NCBI GenBank assembly: GCA_041695225.1
Contig: JBGFRI010000023.1
Coordinates: 1 to 23,908 of the forward strand
Reading direction: 5' to 3'
Origin: Deinococcota bacterium
Lineage (GTDB): Bacteria; Deinococcota; Deinococci; Deinococcales; Thermaceae
DNA length: 23,908 nt
Both the position numbers and the translations under genes were made by a program. Shown piece by piece: positions 7,741 through 16,112 of this stretch (position 1 is the stretch's first letter; every line of letters begins with the position of its first letter). The notes under the pieces are model-generated. The model made no database searches. It saw nothing but the letters and a program-made list of their open reading frames with translations, and had not been told where the DNA came from.

Positions 7741-10287
7741 ATGCAAATAAAACGAACGCTTTGGTTTCTGACCGCCGGTGCTCTTTTGCTGATGCTCACC
7801 GCCTGCCCTGGGCCTGCGCCCACCACCGGCACCCTGGAAATCACCGTTGCTGCGCCTGCCGGCGTGACCCCGGATGTGCGGGTCACCGGCCCGTCTACCG
7901 ACAGGGCTGTGGCCACAACCGGAGCTACCGTGCTTGCCGACCTGCAGCCAGGCGAGTACCAGGTAGTGGTTAACCAGGTGGTAGTGGCAGGAATTGGCTA
8001 CGGTGGAACTGGCGCTACCCTTAGGGTGGAGGCGGGCCGCCGCACGACCCATAATGTAAACTACGTTGCCGAAAGTGGCGCCATTCGCATAGACCTGACC
8101 AACCCCGGCCTGCCCACTGGCCTTAGTCCTGAGGTCACCCTTAGAAACCCCGACGGAACTGTACGCCCCCCAACCAGCTCGACAGCCACCGAGTTAGACT
8201 TCCACAACCTGCCCCCAGGGAACTACACCCTCGAGGTGCCCAACCGCACCCTAAACGGCTCGACCTATGCTAGCGCCCAAAACGGAGCTACCGTAACCGT
8301 GACGGCAGGCCAACAGGCTGCGGTAAACCTGGCCTATACGCTTAACCCTGGCGCGGCGACCATTACCGTGGCGGGTCTGGTATCAACACTGCCCAACGAA
8401 GTTACGGTTACCCTCACTCAGGGAACCACCACCATCACCCGCACCTTCACCGCAAATGGCAGTGTAACCTTCGATAACCTGCCCCCCGGAACCTATACCA
8501 TCACCGCCAACGCCATTGAAGGAAACGGCGACCAGGACTACGCTGTTACGCTTTCACAGCCCACCCTTTCCGTAGCTTCGAACAGCACCAGCAGCGCCAC
8601 CCTCACCTACAGCCGGCCCACCGTCACGGTCAACCTGACTGGCCTGCCTGTGGCCCCTGCCGATGCTAACAGTGTCATTGTGCTCACCGGCGGCCCCGGT
8701 TCCGTGGCTCCTACAACGATCACCGGAACTGACCGTAGTGCCACCATCACTGTGCCTCGATTTGGTAGTTATACACTGACCGCGACCTCTGTGGTTGCGG
8801 GTACCACCGTAGATAGCTTTTATTTCAGTACTACCGGTGTGGCCCTCGAGCCTTCGCCCGTGTCCCACACGCCCAGCGCAAATCTTCCCTTGACTGCCAG
8901 AGGCGAGACCGGCAGGATGTTTATCGCCGGCAACGGTATTTTTGCACCGGTAGGCTTGAATGCTATTTACAGCCTTTCTGACGCCGCCATCGCAACTGGG
9001 GCATCCCTGAGCAATTTCTCGCCTACGACGGGCACATCGTCGACGGAAGGCTATTTCAAAACCGCCTTTGACCGTCACGGTAATGCCTATGTGATTTACC
9101 AGACCTTCCCTGGTGGTACGCCTGCCCGCATAGTCCGCATTTCCGAAGGCAACCTGCGCACTGGCAATCTGGCCGCTAATGCTCCGGGCAATAAGGCGAT
9201 TTTGGGAAGTGCAATTAGTGTTCCCCCACCCGACGGTAATGAAGAGGTGGAACCCTCAGACATTGCATTTGACAGCAGTGGCAACATGTGGATTGCTAAT
9301 GACCGAGGCAGCGCCATTATTTGTATCTCCAATGCACAGCTGACCTTACCTGGTGCCACAATTACTAGCTTCGATCAGGCCATTCTTGCCCCAAACTTCT
9401 TTACAGGAACCCCACTTGAGGGTACCTACCGTTTTGTTCGCGCACTGGCCTTTGACCGTGATGGCAACCTGTGGTTTACCTCCGACGATACAGTGCTCTT
9501 AGAGCCCAATCGCCTGGCTCGACTTTCGCGCATTAATGCCCGTGACCTGACTTGCTCGGGTGGGGTAGTGCGCGTTGCGCCAGATGTACTGCTTGACATC
9601 AGCAACAGTGCTGGACCCGGGGAGCCCTTTATCAAACCAGCAGGCTTGGCCCTATCGCCCGATGGCAACTCGCTCTGGGTGGCCGATTATGGTGGTAGCA
9701 CTGCCAAGTATCGTTGCGTTACACCAGGTACGGGTGATAGCCGTCCAGTTTGTCCTGGTGACTCCAGCCGCGTAGTTGCCGAAACAACGTTGGTAGAAGC
9801 CAACTTTGTTCAGGAAACGTTGATCCAGGTTAGCATTGCTGGCATCTCACCGGGTACTACCCTGCGAGATGCCTTCATGGAGCCAGGCCTTCTGCTAGAT
9901 CGCATAACCATCCCCGATGGTACAGGTACCGACCGTGGTCTGCAGCAGCCCTTCCATATTGCCTTTGACAATCAGGACCGGTTGTGGCTGGCTAGCAACA
10001 ACAACGTCATCGTCACTACTGCCGACACAACCTCACCGTGCGGCTTTACTCTAGGTGTCGGTGAAACTGCTGTCTGCTTGCCGGGTACAGCTCTGACGGA
10101 TCGCCGGGGCAAGCTGTTTGGTGTAACCATCGGAACTCGCTCCGGTTCCGATCCAGCTCTACCCCTTGCACGTGACATAACTCCGGCTGTTCGGATTACC
10201 TCGGCTGTGGATGGGGTGGGTTTCACCGGCGTGGCCTTCAACATTGCCCCAGTTAATGCTCCAATGTTCGCTCGACCCACTCAGTAA
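7741..10287 (+). CDS. Lipoprotein 2: four tandem beta-sandwich repeats plus NHL-like beta-propeller
   Basis: AGGAGG RBS; lipobox MLTA-C. Repeats carry LQPGEY, LPPGNY, LPPGTY, PRFGSY. Propeller from about 8896 with blades AFDRHGNAYV, IAFDSSGNMWI, LAFDRDGNLWF, LALSPDGNSLWV, IAFDNQDRLWL. Confidence 0.88.
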   Translation: MQIKRTLWFLTAGALLLMLTACPGPAPTTGTLEITVAAPAGVTPDVRVTGPSTDRAVATTGATVLADLQPGEYQVVVNQVVVAGIGYGGTGATLRVEAGRRTTHNVNYVAESGAIRIDLTNPGLPTGLSPEVTLRNPDGTVRPPTSSTATELDFHNLPPGNYTLEVPNRTLNGSTYASAQNGATVTVTAGQQAAVNLAYTLNPGAATITVAGLVSTLPNEVTVTLTQGTTTITRTFTANGSVTFDNLPPGTYTITANAIEGNGDQDYAVTLSQPTLSVASNSTSSATLTYSRPTVTVNLTGLPVAPADANSVIVLTGGPGSVAPTTITGTDRSATITVPRFGSYTLTATSVVAGTTVDSFYFSTTGVALEPSPVSHTPSANLPLTARGETGRMFIAGNGIFAPVGLNAIYSLSDAAIATGASLSNFSPTTGTSSTEGYFKTAFDRHGNAYVIYQTFPGGTPARIVRISEGNLRTGNLAANAPGNKAILGSAISVPPPDGNEEVEPSDIAFDSSGNMWIANDRGSAIICISNAQLTLPGATITSFDQAILAPNFFTGTPLEGTYRFVRALAFDRDGNLWFTSDDTVLLEPNRLARLSRINARDLTCSGGVVRVAPDVLLDISNSAGPGEPFIKPAGLALSPDGNSLWVADYGGSTAKYRCVTPGTGDSRPVCPGDSSRVVAETTLVEANFVQETLIQVSIAGISPGTTLRDAFMEPGLLLDRITIPDGTGTDRGLQQPFHIAFDNQDRLWLASNNNVIVTTADTTSPCGFTLGVGETAVCLPGTALTDRRGKLFGVTIGTRSGSDPALPLARDITPAVRITSAVDGVGFTGVAFNIAPVNAPMFARPTQ

Positions 10288-10303
10288 GGCATTCAACCTC
10301 CAC

Positions 10304-10334
10304 ACCCCTCGCCGTGCGCGAGGGGTTTTGTTTT
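10304..10334 (+). terminator. Intrinsic terminator after lipoprotein 2
   Basis: ACCCCTCGC (10304-10312), loop CGTGC, GCGAGGGGT (10318-10326), then TTTGTTTT. Confidence 0.85.
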
Positions 10335-10417
10335 GACCGAGCAAGCTTGTTGGTAAGGGGGCGGGTTGTGCGCGGTCTCCTGGTGGTGCAAATCCTACCG
10401 GTTTCGCGTAGTTTTGT

Positions 10418-10547
10418 GTTACGCAGAGCGTTATGTAGTAGCAGGCTGGTCGGGGGTATGGCCTAGCGAGGGTTATGGACTGGGGAAAGGGCTGTTAGGG
10501 AGTACAAAACACCCATAACGCTGGCTTTACGCTGTAGAAACTAGGCT
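10418..10547 (+). promoter_or_regulatory. Putative regulated, leaderless promoter of lipoprotein 3
   Basis: GTTAC (10418)-N5-GCGTTAT (10428); ATAACGC (10515)-N5-TTACGC (10527)-N9-TAGGCT (10542-10547), 6 nt before GTG 10554. Confidence 0.65.
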
Positions 10548-10553
10548 TTCAAA

Positions 10554-13130
10554 GTGCCTGATGGAGCTCCATTACGTCGTGCTGTTGGGTGTGTGAGCCT
10601 GGTCGGACTGCTGGCGCTGATACTCCCGGCCTGCACGCCACCCCCCACCACTGGGACCCTCGAGCTCAACATTGCCACGCCCGCCGACCGCAGCCCGAAT
10701 GTGACGGTTAGCGGCCCCGATTTTAGCAGCAGTTTTGCGGCTGCCGGGCCGGCCCGCCTTGTCGATCTGCAGCCAGGCAGCTATACCATCACTGCCAAAG
10801 CCATCACGCCCGATGGCGGCTTCACCTACCGCGCCCGAATTTCTGTGGATGGGCAGGCGGCAGCGGCCTCGGCCGGCGCCAGTGCCAGCGCTACCAGCCA
10901 GGTGCTGGCGGGACGTACCAGCCGGGTAGCGATTGAATACGTTGCGGCTACGGGAAAACTGTACCTTGCCCTTAGCGTTACACCGCCGGTGGCTGGCTTT
11001 ACCCCGCAGGTGCGGGTGGAGGGGAATGGGTTTTCTCGCACGGTGAGCGAAAGCGTGGTTTTGAACCTCGAGCCCGGCGCCTACACCCTCACCCCGCTGG
11101 CCGCGCCACCGGGCTACACCCTTTCGCAGTCGGCCCAGACGGTGGAGGTAGCGGCGGGCCAGGAGACCAGCGCAACGGTTAGCTATGCCCAGGGCTTTGG
11201 AGACCTGAGCGTAAACATCACTCCCCCGCAGGGTGTGCTGGACTTTGCTGCTGGAGTGATGGTAAGCCGGCCCGATGGCAGCGTGCTGGAAACCCTGAAT
11301 GCCAGCAGGTTTTTTGCCGGTCTGCCGGCAGGCCTGTATACCCTTTCAGCCGCCAGCGTGGTTGCGGCGGGCGTAACCTGGCAGCCCAGCGCCACCCGGC
11401 TGAGTGTGGAAGTGCCGGTGGGCGGGCAGGGCAGCGGCAGCCTGAGCTATACTGCTACCAACTCTGCTATTACGGTCGGTCTGTCGCACCTGGGCCCGGA
11501 TGATGTGGTAACGGTAACCTTACAGCCGGGCGGCCAGACCCGCACCCATACCGGCAACGGCTCGGTGCGCTTTGATGGCCTGGCCTTCGGCGCTTACACC
11601 CTAACCGCCAGCGCAGTGCGGCCTGGCGTCTGGGTCGAGAGCTACTGGTTGGGCGGTCAGGTTGGTGTGCACAGCAATGCCCAGAACCCGCTGCTCGCGG
11701 CCACCTTTGCCAGCTGGACACAGCGGGCCGGAACCGGGCGCATCTGGGTGGCGGGGAATGGGGGGTTTAGCAATGGGGGCCGGGGCAGCACCAGCACCGG
11801 GGAGCTAAACGCCGCCTACTTCCTGGACGACGGCGCAAGCAGTTTTACTGACTTTATTGGGCCCACCGCCGGCCACGGCCCCTTTCGCATCGCCTTCGAC
11901 CGCGAAGGCAACATGTATGTGCTGTATCAGTATGTGAGCGCCTCGAGCCGGGCCCGCATTGTTCGCATAAGCGAGGCCAACCTGCGAGCCAACCAGCTTT
12001 CCGAGACCGCACCCGGCAATACCCGCATACACGGGACCGTCTGGGGCTGGCCCGCAGGGGTCACCCCCGACCCCAACATGGATGTGAACGGCAACGAGCC
12101 CGCCGATATGGCCTTCGACGCCAGAGGCAACTTATGGGTGGTTAACGACCTCCTGGGCCTGCTGGCCTGTGTGCCAGCCAGCGCCTTGCGCGCGGCGCCA
12201 GGCCAGATCTTCGACGCCGGAACCCGCATCTGGGGGGCGGGAACCGGGCTCTACCACTACGTTTTGCACACCCCCGGCCAGAACGGCGACAACCGCCCAT
12301 TCTTAATACCCCATGCCCTGGCCTTCGACCCGGGCGGCAACCTCTGGTTTACCTCGGGCGGATACCAGAGCCCCCGCGCAGGGGAAAGCTCACCGGTGAA
12401 GCGTTCTTTCCTCAACCGACTTAACCAGAGCCGAATTTCTTACGCCGCCAATGGCGACTGCAATGGCGGCAACCTGGGCCTGAGCGAGAGTAACCTTGGC
12501 CAGTGGGTGGATATTCGGCTGGAGATCAGCCTGCCCGGCAGCGACTATGGTGCCATCGCCAAGCCGGTGACCATGGCCCTCGAGCCCGGTGGGGGGGCCA
12601 TCTGGGTGGGCGATTTTGGGGGTAACTCGGGGGGTAGCGGCGACCTTTTTCGCGATGCTAACGCAATCCCCGAAACATTGCTGCGGGTCCCGCTGGCAGG
12701 CTCTAACCTCACCCCGGCCCCCTGGTGGCAGCCAGCCCTGGTCAGCCACCGCCTGACCATCGGCGCTGGTAGCGGGCTGGACAGGGGCTTGCAGCAGGTT
12801 TTTGGACTGGCCTTCGACCGGGCAGGCTACCTGTGGGTAGCGACCAACAACAACGTGGAAATTCTGCCCACCGACACCGGCGCGGCAGCAGCAACTCTGA
12901 CCGACCGCCGGGGCAGGCTATACCGCCTGGACGTGCGAGGGTTTGCGGGCAGCCAGGCGACCTACAACGGCAGCAACACCCAAAACTTGCGCGGCGCTAC
13001 CCCGGATCCCATCAGCGTCTCTACCGATGGGGTGGGCCTGATTGGGGTGGCCATCAACCTGCCCAACCCTTCTACCCCGCTCTGGATAAGCCCTGCGACG
13101 CAGGACGGGCCATACCAGCCGGTCCCCTGA
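10554..13130 (+). CDS. Lipoprotein 3: four tandem beta-sandwich repeats plus NHL-like beta-propeller; paralogue of lipoprotein 2
   Basis: Lipobox-like ILPA-C followed by TPPPTTGTLE. Repeats carry LQPGSY, LEPGAY, LPAGLY, LAFGAY. Shares ARIVRISExNLR, APGN, DRGLQQ, NNNV, LTDRRG and DGVG with lipoprotein 2. Blades IAFDREGNMYV, MAFDARGNLWV, LAFDPGGNLWF, LAFDRAGYLWV. Confidence 0.87.
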   Translation: MPDGAPLRRAVGCVSLVGLLALILPACTPPPTTGTLELNIATPADRSPNVTVSGPDFSSSFAAAGPARLVDLQPGSYTITAKAITPDGGFTYRARISVDGQAAAASAGASASATSQVLAGRTSRVAIEYVAATGKLYLALSVTPPVAGFTPQVRVEGNGFSRTVSESVVLNLEPGAYTLTPLAAPPGYTLSQSAQTVEVAAGQETSATVSYAQGFGDLSVNITPPQGVLDFAAGVMVSRPDGSVLETLNASRFFAGLPAGLYTLSAASVVAAGVTWQPSATRLSVEVPVGGQGSGSLSYTATNSAITVGLSHLGPDDVVTVTLQPGGQTRTHTGNGSVRFDGLAFGAYTLTASAVRPGVWVESYWLGGQVGVHSNAQNPLLAATFASWTQRAGTGRIWVAGNGGFSNGGRGSTSTGELNAAYFLDDGASSFTDFIGPTAGHGPFRIAFDREGNMYVLYQYVSASSRARIVRISEANLRANQLSETAPGNTRIHGTVWGWPAGVTPDPNMDVNGNEPADMAFDARGNLWVVNDLLGLLACVPASALRAAPGQIFDAGTRIWGAGTGLYHYVLHTPGQNGDNRPFLIPHALAFDPGGNLWFTSGGYQSPRAGESSPVKRSFLNRLNQSRISYAANGDCNGGNLGLSESNLGQWVDIRLEISLPGSDYGAIAKPVTMALEPGGGAIWVGDFGGNSGGSGDLFRDANAIPETLLRVPLAGSNLTPAPWWQPALVSHRLTIGAGSGLDRGLQQVFGLAFDRAGYLWVATNNNVEILPTDTGAAAATLTDRRGRLYRLDVRGFAGSQATYNGSNTQNLRGATPDPISVSTDGVGLIGVAINLPNPSTPLWISPATQDGPYQPVP

Positions 13131-13142
13131 GGGCAGTACCGC

Positions 13143-13802
13143 TCAGGCCAGATAGACCGACAAGACCGCAAAGTACATGCCGGTACTGCCCAGCAGCACA
13201 AACACATGCCAGATGCCATGAAAGCCCACCAGCCGGGGCCAGGGGTTGGGCCATCTGGCGGCGTAGACCAGTGCTCCCAGGCTATAGGCCAGGCCGCCAG
13301 CAATCAGAAAGCCCAGCGCCCAGGGGTTCAGAGCCAGTTTGGGCAGTAAAAAGACCGCCAGCCAGCCCATGCCCAGGTAGGTAGCGGTATCCAGCCAGCG
13401 GGGGGCCTTGAGCGTGACCAGCTTGAGGGCCACCCCCAGCACCGCCAGACCCCAGACAAGCCCAAGCGCCCAGGGCCGCCAGGAGGGCTCCAGGGCCTGC
13501 AACAGCACCGGGGTATAGCTTCCGGCAATGAAGAGGAATATTGCCGCGTGATCGAGTTTGCGTAGCCAGACCAGCGCCCGCTGAGATACCCGCAGGGCGT
13601 GGTAAAGCGCCGAGGAGGTATACATCAAGACCATAGTCAGCCCAAATACCAGCGCCCCCACAATTTTGCCCAGGTTGCCCTGGGTAAAGAACAGCAGGGC
13701 CACCATGCCGACCAGGCCCAGGACCGCACCCAGCAGGTGGGAGTAAGTATTAAACGGCTCGCGAACCGCTAGGCATGGATGTAAAGGCCGATTGTTCTCC
13801 AT
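13143..13802 (-). CDS. Hemolysin III / PAQR family membrane protein (TrhA-like)
   Basis: EPFNTYSH, SSALYH, RKLDHAAIFLFIAGSYTP, YLGMGW, GGLAYSLG, FHGIWHVFV; about 7 TM helices. Confidence 0.9.
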   Translation of the reverse strand: MENNRPLHPCLAVREPFNTYSHLLGAVLGLVGMVALLFFTQGNLGKIVGALVFGLTMVLMYTSSALYHALRVSQRALVWLRKLDHAAIFLFIAGSYTPVLLQALEPSWRPWALGLVWGLAVLGVALKLVTLKAPRWLDTATYLGMGWLAVFLLPKLALNPWALGFLIAGGLAYSLGALVYAARWPNPWPRLVGFHGIWHVFVLLGSTGMYFAVLSVYLA

Positions 13803-14102
13803 AAGCGTGGGGTCTGGGGTGCGCGGCTATGCCATGCTACCCAGTCGCAGTCTAGCACCGAAACCGTCTGACGAGTACGGTTTTGTTGCACCGCGCCGGG
13901 TTTGTCACTGCTAAGCCAGGCGCAGCACCCGGTGTGGCAGCCTGCTGTTTCGGGCTGGCCAGTCTGATCTTGGTGGATCACCCGCACGATGCAACAGCCG
14001 CGTACCGCGGGCTTTGCCAGCTTTGCAGGCTCGAGGCAGCCCTGGCGGTCTAGGGTTCTGAGTGCTGCCTGCTGGCGAGACATCCACCGCGTACAGTTCA
14101 AA

Positions 14103-14392
14103 AGCTGATAGCCGATAGCTGATAGCTAAAAGCCTAAAGCCTTTATTTGACCTGCGACCTGCGACATCTAAAATGAGTCGATGGTCAATGGTCGATAGCC
14201 TATGGTCAATGGCTGATAGCTGATAGCCAATAGCTGATAGCTTTTGACTTGAGACCTGCGACCTGGGACTTGCGACTGACCTTTGACCCGCGACCTTCGA
14301 CCTTCGACTACAGACCTTCGACTAACTTCTAACCTGCGACCTGCGACCTGCGACATTTTGCTATCCGCTATAAGCTATGAGCTATTAGCCAT
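14103..14392. repeat. Composite heptamer-repeat element, expanded copy
   Basis: (GCTGATA)n, (GCGACCT)n, ATGGTCA-type and (TTCGACC)n blocks. Both ends match the reverse complement of 3080-3200, with about 164 bp of extra internal sequence. Confidence 0.88.
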
Positions 14393-15503
14393 CTGAAAAG
14401 TAGGCCCGCAAGCGTTCTATGGCCTGCTCGATTTCGGCGGCGGTTTTGCAGAAGGCAAGACGAAACAACCCCTTGGGAGCGGGGTTATGCGCATAGAAGG
14501 CCGAGCCAGGAATAATGGCCACCCCGGCCTTTTGCACCAGGTCTTCGGGATCTAGCTCGGGTAGTATGGCGGTCAGGAAATAGGTTCCTTCAGAGGGAAA
14601 GGTGGTCAGGCCCAGGGACCGGAGCCCCTGTTCTAACAGATCCTTGCGCCGAGCATAGCTCTCGCGCAGGTGCTGGTAAAACCCTTCTTTGCGGGCAATG
14701 GGCAGGGCTTCGGCCACCGCAGCCTGTAGCGGGGCTGCCGAGCAAAAACTGCTCCACTGGCGCATTCCGGCGACCAGCGGGGCCAGGCCAGGCGGTGTGA
14801 CGACCCAGCCGATGCGCCAGCCAGTGGCCTCGAGGCGCTTGCCTGCCGAGCCTACGGTAAAGACCCGCTCGGGCGCGAGGTGCCGCAGCCTGATGGGTGG
14901 GTCGGAAAAGTAGAGCTCGTCGTAGACCTCGTCGCAGATGATCCAGAGGTCGTGCTGACGGGCCAGGGCCACAATGCGCTCGGCCTCACTGCGGGAAAAG
15001 ACCGAGCCCGTGGGGTTATAGGGGCTGGTGAGCAGCAGGGCTCTGGTATGTGCACCAATGGCCCGCTCCAGAGCTGGCAGGTCAAGTTCCCAGCGGTCGG
15101 TCAGGCGCATGGGTACCATCACCGGCTCTGCGCCGGCAAGCCGGGTGTGGGGAATATATACATCGAAGTACGGCTCGAATATGACCACTTCGTCACCAGG
15201 CCCATACAGGCAGTGGGCCAGAGCGTGCAGGGCCTCGGTGCCACCGGCCGTCACCACCACGTCCTCGACAGGCACCCCCAGGTCTTCGGCGATAGCCCCG
15301 CGCAGCGCGGGCAGGCCGATGGGCGGGGTGTACTGGTCAACGCTACCGATAGCCCGCCGCGCAGCCTCGAGCAAAAAAGCCGGTGGGGGGTTGGAAGGAA
15401 AGCCTTGTCCCAGATTGATAGCGCCATGCTGGGCGGCCAGACTGCTCATACGGGAGAAGACGCTCTCCTGCGAAAGCTGGGTGCGTGGGTTAAGCCTTGG
15501 CAT
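14385..15503 (-). CDS. Class I/II PLP-dependent aminotransferase (YbdL / glutamine-kynurenine aminotransferase-like)
   Basis: AINLGQGFP, VVTAGGTEAL, EPYFDVY, PYNPTG, DEVYDEL, SAGKRLEATGWRIGW (PLP Lys), RLAFCK. ATG 15503 with TAGACT 8 nt upstream. Confidence 0.9.
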   Translation of the reverse strand: MPRLNPRTQLSQESVFSRMSSLAAQHGAINLGQGFPSNPPPAFLLEAARRAIGSVDQYTPPIGLPALRGAIAEDLGVPVEDVVVTAGGTEALHALAHCLYGPGDEVVIFEPYFDVYIPHTRLAGAEPVMVPMRLTDRWELDLPALERAIGAHTRALLLTSPYNPTGSVFSRSEAERIVALARQHDLWIICDEVYDELYFSDPPIRLRHLAPERVFTVGSAGKRLEATGWRIGWVVTPPGLAPLVAGMRQWSSFCSAAPLQAAVAEALPIARKEGFYQHLRESYARRKDLLEQGLRSLGLTTFPSEGTYFLTAILPELDPEDLVQKAGVAIIPGSAFYAHNPAPKGLFRLAFCKTAAEIEQAIERLRAYFSDG

Positions 15504-15791
15504 GCGAAGAGAGTCTACCGCAAGCAGACCCAGCCCGGAATACGCTTGTGTGTAGTGTGCAGAGCTAGGGCCGAGACGTTCTGTGGAGGCTATACGCCCA
15601 AGCTGCCGCAACAGTGCGGAAAGCGCCCCTCGAGGCAACTATCTCTGAGGTACTGCTCCAGTTGGTCACGTGCTATAAAGCCAAAGGCCCGCGGGCCTGA
15701 GCCAGAGGCATCTTGCAGAACCGCTGATCAGGCGCAGCCAGCCACTGTTGCCGGGGGTGGTGGGCTCTGACCTGGTGCAGTGCATGTAACT

Positions 15792-16112
15792 TTACCGAAG
15801 CGGCCGACAGCCTCGAGCCAGCACCTGTCCGGTGCGTTCGCTCATCAAAATGGTCTCCTGGTTATTGCCGGTGCTTTTGGTCCACCACGAGGCCCGGCCA
15901 TCGGAAAACTTGATGCCGGAGGGTGCTTCTACCCGAAACAGTGGCCCGTAGGTCTGGCGGTTGAAGACCACCCCCACCCGGTCAAACTGGTTCTGGTAAA
16001 CCGCCCTGATCTGGATGCCTCCCGCGCAGCGGTAGGTTCGCTGAACAATATCGGTCGTCTGGGCAAACGCGCCAAGCGCAAAGAATAAAACCAACAACGG
16101 CCAAGCGGGCAT
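15792..16112 (-). CDS. MliC/PliC-family lysozyme-inhibitor-like secreted protein
   Basis: Signal peptide ending AFA-Q; YRC...VY...LFRVEAPSGIKFSDG..SWWTK...C pattern with two Cys. ATG 16112 preceded by TGcTATAGT 7 nt upstream. Confidence 0.7.
   Translation of the reverse strand: MPAWPLLVLFFALGAFAQTTDIVQRTYRCAGGIQIRAVYQNQFDRVGVVFNRQTYGPLFRVEAPSGIKFSDGRASWWTKSTGNNQETILMSERTGQVLARGCRPLR

Noticed and set aside
6008..13130. Diversity-generating retroelement or invertase shufflon acting on the lipoproteins
   Set aside because: No reverse transcriptase or recombinase, and no near-identical template/variable repeat pair is visible; the paralogues are divergent at DNA level.
13126..13147. CCTGAG...CTCAGG hairpin spanning the two convergent stop codons
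   Set aside because: Only a 6-bp stem, half explained by the opposing TGA codons, and no U-tract.
14168..14356. 62-aa ORF, and the similar 18872-19225 and 19783-20055 ORFs
   Set aside because: These are translations of heptamer arrays (SRRS and YQLSAI-like patterns) with no convincing start context or protein features.
14103..14392. Possible CRISPR array
   Set aside because: Units are 7-bp tandem repeats with no 25-40 bp repeats separated by unique spacers, and no cas genes are nearby.
14880..15770. Long antisense ORFs (also 17058-17939, 3275-3904, 5008-5685, 6491-7138)
   Set aside because: Shadow frames of well-supported genes in GC-rich DNA.
15504..15790. SAM-I riboswitch upstream of the aminotransferase (CCCGGCAAC on the minus strand)
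   Set aside because: The other core elements (ATC.AGAG, GAGGGA, GGTGC.AA.TCC) are missing, and the gene appears to have its own nearby -10 box.
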